Part shown: piece after piece, positions 62,499 to 64,000 of the stretch
Layout of the letters: every line of letters begins with the position of its first letter
Position numbering within the stretch: the first letter of the stretch is position 1
NCBI GenBank assembly: GCA_037447605.1
Contig: CM074808.1
Coordinates: 3,720,001 to 3,784,000 of the forward strand
Direction: 5' to 3'
DNA length: 64,000 bases
From: Zygnema circumcarinatum SAG 698-1b
Lineage: Eukaryota; Plantae; Zygnematophyceae
The notes under the pieces: model-generated
Told to the model about the DNA's origin: nothing
The model's input: only the letters and a program-made list of their open reading frames with translations
The model's database searches: none
Position numbers and translations under genes: made by a program

Positions 62499-63240
62499 TT
62501 TTTTTTCCTCCCCTTTTTTGTTTTTTTTTTTTTTTTTTTCTGAGTAAGTATAGAAGGGCGGCAAGGAGCGAGCGGGGGGACAACCTCGAATAAACGACAA
62601 AAAATCGTTCCGTACAAGGTGGCAGCTTACGTCACCGGGGTCGAAATTCGGCGGCAATGTCGGTGCCGTACAAAAGGATCAGTACTGTACTAAACGACAA
62701 AAAGTCTCTGTCCCAACGACCGGGACATACCTCATGGAACGCAGTTTAGCGTAGTCAATAACCAGGAAATACGGGCAGTTTTCTCCCCGCTGATTGGCTC
62801 TCGCCACGTGTATTAAATAAATCCTTCCTTTTTTTTCCAATTGCCGTAAATTCCACGATAGACGACAAAACGGTACGGCATATTGACCGGGCGGCCTGTG
62901 CCGCAACCAATCGGGAGCTGCCGAGTTTCAGAATTAACGGCTTGTGCGAAAGGGCGGCCAGTTTGTCGTTGTGCGTCCGCTGGCGGCATATCGGCAATAT
63001 CGCCAACGTATCGAGTTTGAAAAAGTCCAGACATATTCTGACATGAGACCAAGTTTGGCTCTAGAGAGATGAACAATTGCCCAACAAATCTTGCCTTAGC
63101 GCGTGACTCCCCTTCCAATACCCAACAACACCATGTTCCCTAGGAACAACATGCGTCCCCTAGCCCCATTTGCGCGGTTGTTGTTGTTGACTCTCATGAC
63201 CCATTCATGCCTGCCTACCTACCTGCCTGCTATCGCAACC

Positions 63241-64000
63241 CTAAAATTCCTCCCCCATTGCGAGGGCCATGGCCCGCCTCTTCAGCGGCCCCGAGCGGTG
63301 CACCGCCGCGAGGCCCACATTGCGCGCGAAGGCGAATGGCGAAAATTGAACCGCGAAGACGCGGTGGAGGGCGTCGAGCCCCGCCACCATCGCGAGGTTC
63401 GCCCGCCGCCGCCGCGCCTCGTACTCGCCCAAAAGCGCCGCCTGCCGCACCATGTTCAGACACTTAACAATCGGCAATCAAGGAAGGAGGGCTGCACATC
63501 TACGCTCATGCATAGAGCATCCTCCGTGGAAATCAACAAGACAGGGAAGGTGACGAAGATAAATTTGAATACAAAGGAAAAGACGTTTTCAGGGGTGAGC
63601 GGTGCCTTACATCGCCGACATCACTCCCAAGTGATGCACCATTTTCGAGTATGTCGAGAAGCGCCCCTGCATCAGCCATCCCCAAGTTCGCCCCTTGACC
63701 CGCCAACGGGTGCACGCTGTGGGCGGCATCGCCTATGAGGGCGAGACGTGACGCGACATATGTCGACGCATGCGCCAAGTTCAACGGAAACGACGACCTT
63801 CTTCCGTAGCACGCTACAGCTCGGGGTGGCACATGGAACGCTTCAGTCGTAGAAGGGCTAAGAGAAGAGGGGAAGAAGTTGCCGAATGACGACAGAAAAT
63901 TAGGGTTCGAAGAGGGGAGAGGAGCGTAGCTCTCGACGAGGCTCGAATTCACTTCTTGAACAAAAGCATCATCGGCCATATCTTGCAGTTCCTTTGCATG
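63241..64000 (-). CDS. COQ6: Ubiquinone biosynthesis monooxygenase COQ6, 3' part (5' end beyond the window)
   Basis: RSSFPLNLAHASTYVASRLALIGDAAHSVHPLAGQGANLGMADA, and a last exon ALLGEYEARRRRANLAMVAGLDALHRVF...FARNVGL...AMGEEF*. Confidence 0.88.

Noticed and set aside
1-64000. tRNA, rRNA, retrotransposon or viral genes
   Set aside because: No cloverleaf, rRNA-like, reverse-transcriptase, integrase or capsid motifs were recognised by eye; a tRNAscan/Infernal run would be needed to exclude small RNAs.

Overview
Gene-dense eukaryotic nuclear DNA from a streptophyte plant lineage. The plant-type LRR receptor kinases, TTTAGGG-like repeats and land-plant-like housekeeping genes are seen directly; a streptophyte alga such as a zygnematophyte is my inference from the purine/pyrimidine-tract introns and is not proven. 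Genes are spliced, so most long ORFs in the supplied track are low-complexity intron artefacts; I rebuilt gene models by hand from GT-AG junctions and reading phase. In order: O-fucosyltransferase 36-like (-), HGH1 (+), ACR2/CDC25 rhodanese (-), ARM-repeat protein (+), SERK-like LRR-II kinase (-) head-to-head with an EMS1/BRI1-like LRR kinase (+), Trp/Tyr permease (+), Ran GTPase (-), Lifeguard/BI1-like (-), a secreted lipase-fold protein with Asn in place of the catalytic Ser (+), a second EMS1/BRI1-like LRR kinase (+), a 17-exon multidomain secreted protease (-), and the 3' end of COQ6 (-). There are also two Mutator-like non-autonomous elements, an intron made of telomere-like repeats and a 1.1-kb (CCCAGT)n satellite. 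The standout is 54802-62498 (-), invisible as a single ORF: signal peptide, 2x peritrophin-A/CBM14 chitin-binding domains, papain (C1A) protease with no recognisable I29 prodomain, 2x EGF-like, and 4x Cys-type LysM (about 1019 aa; all exon phases join without a stop).
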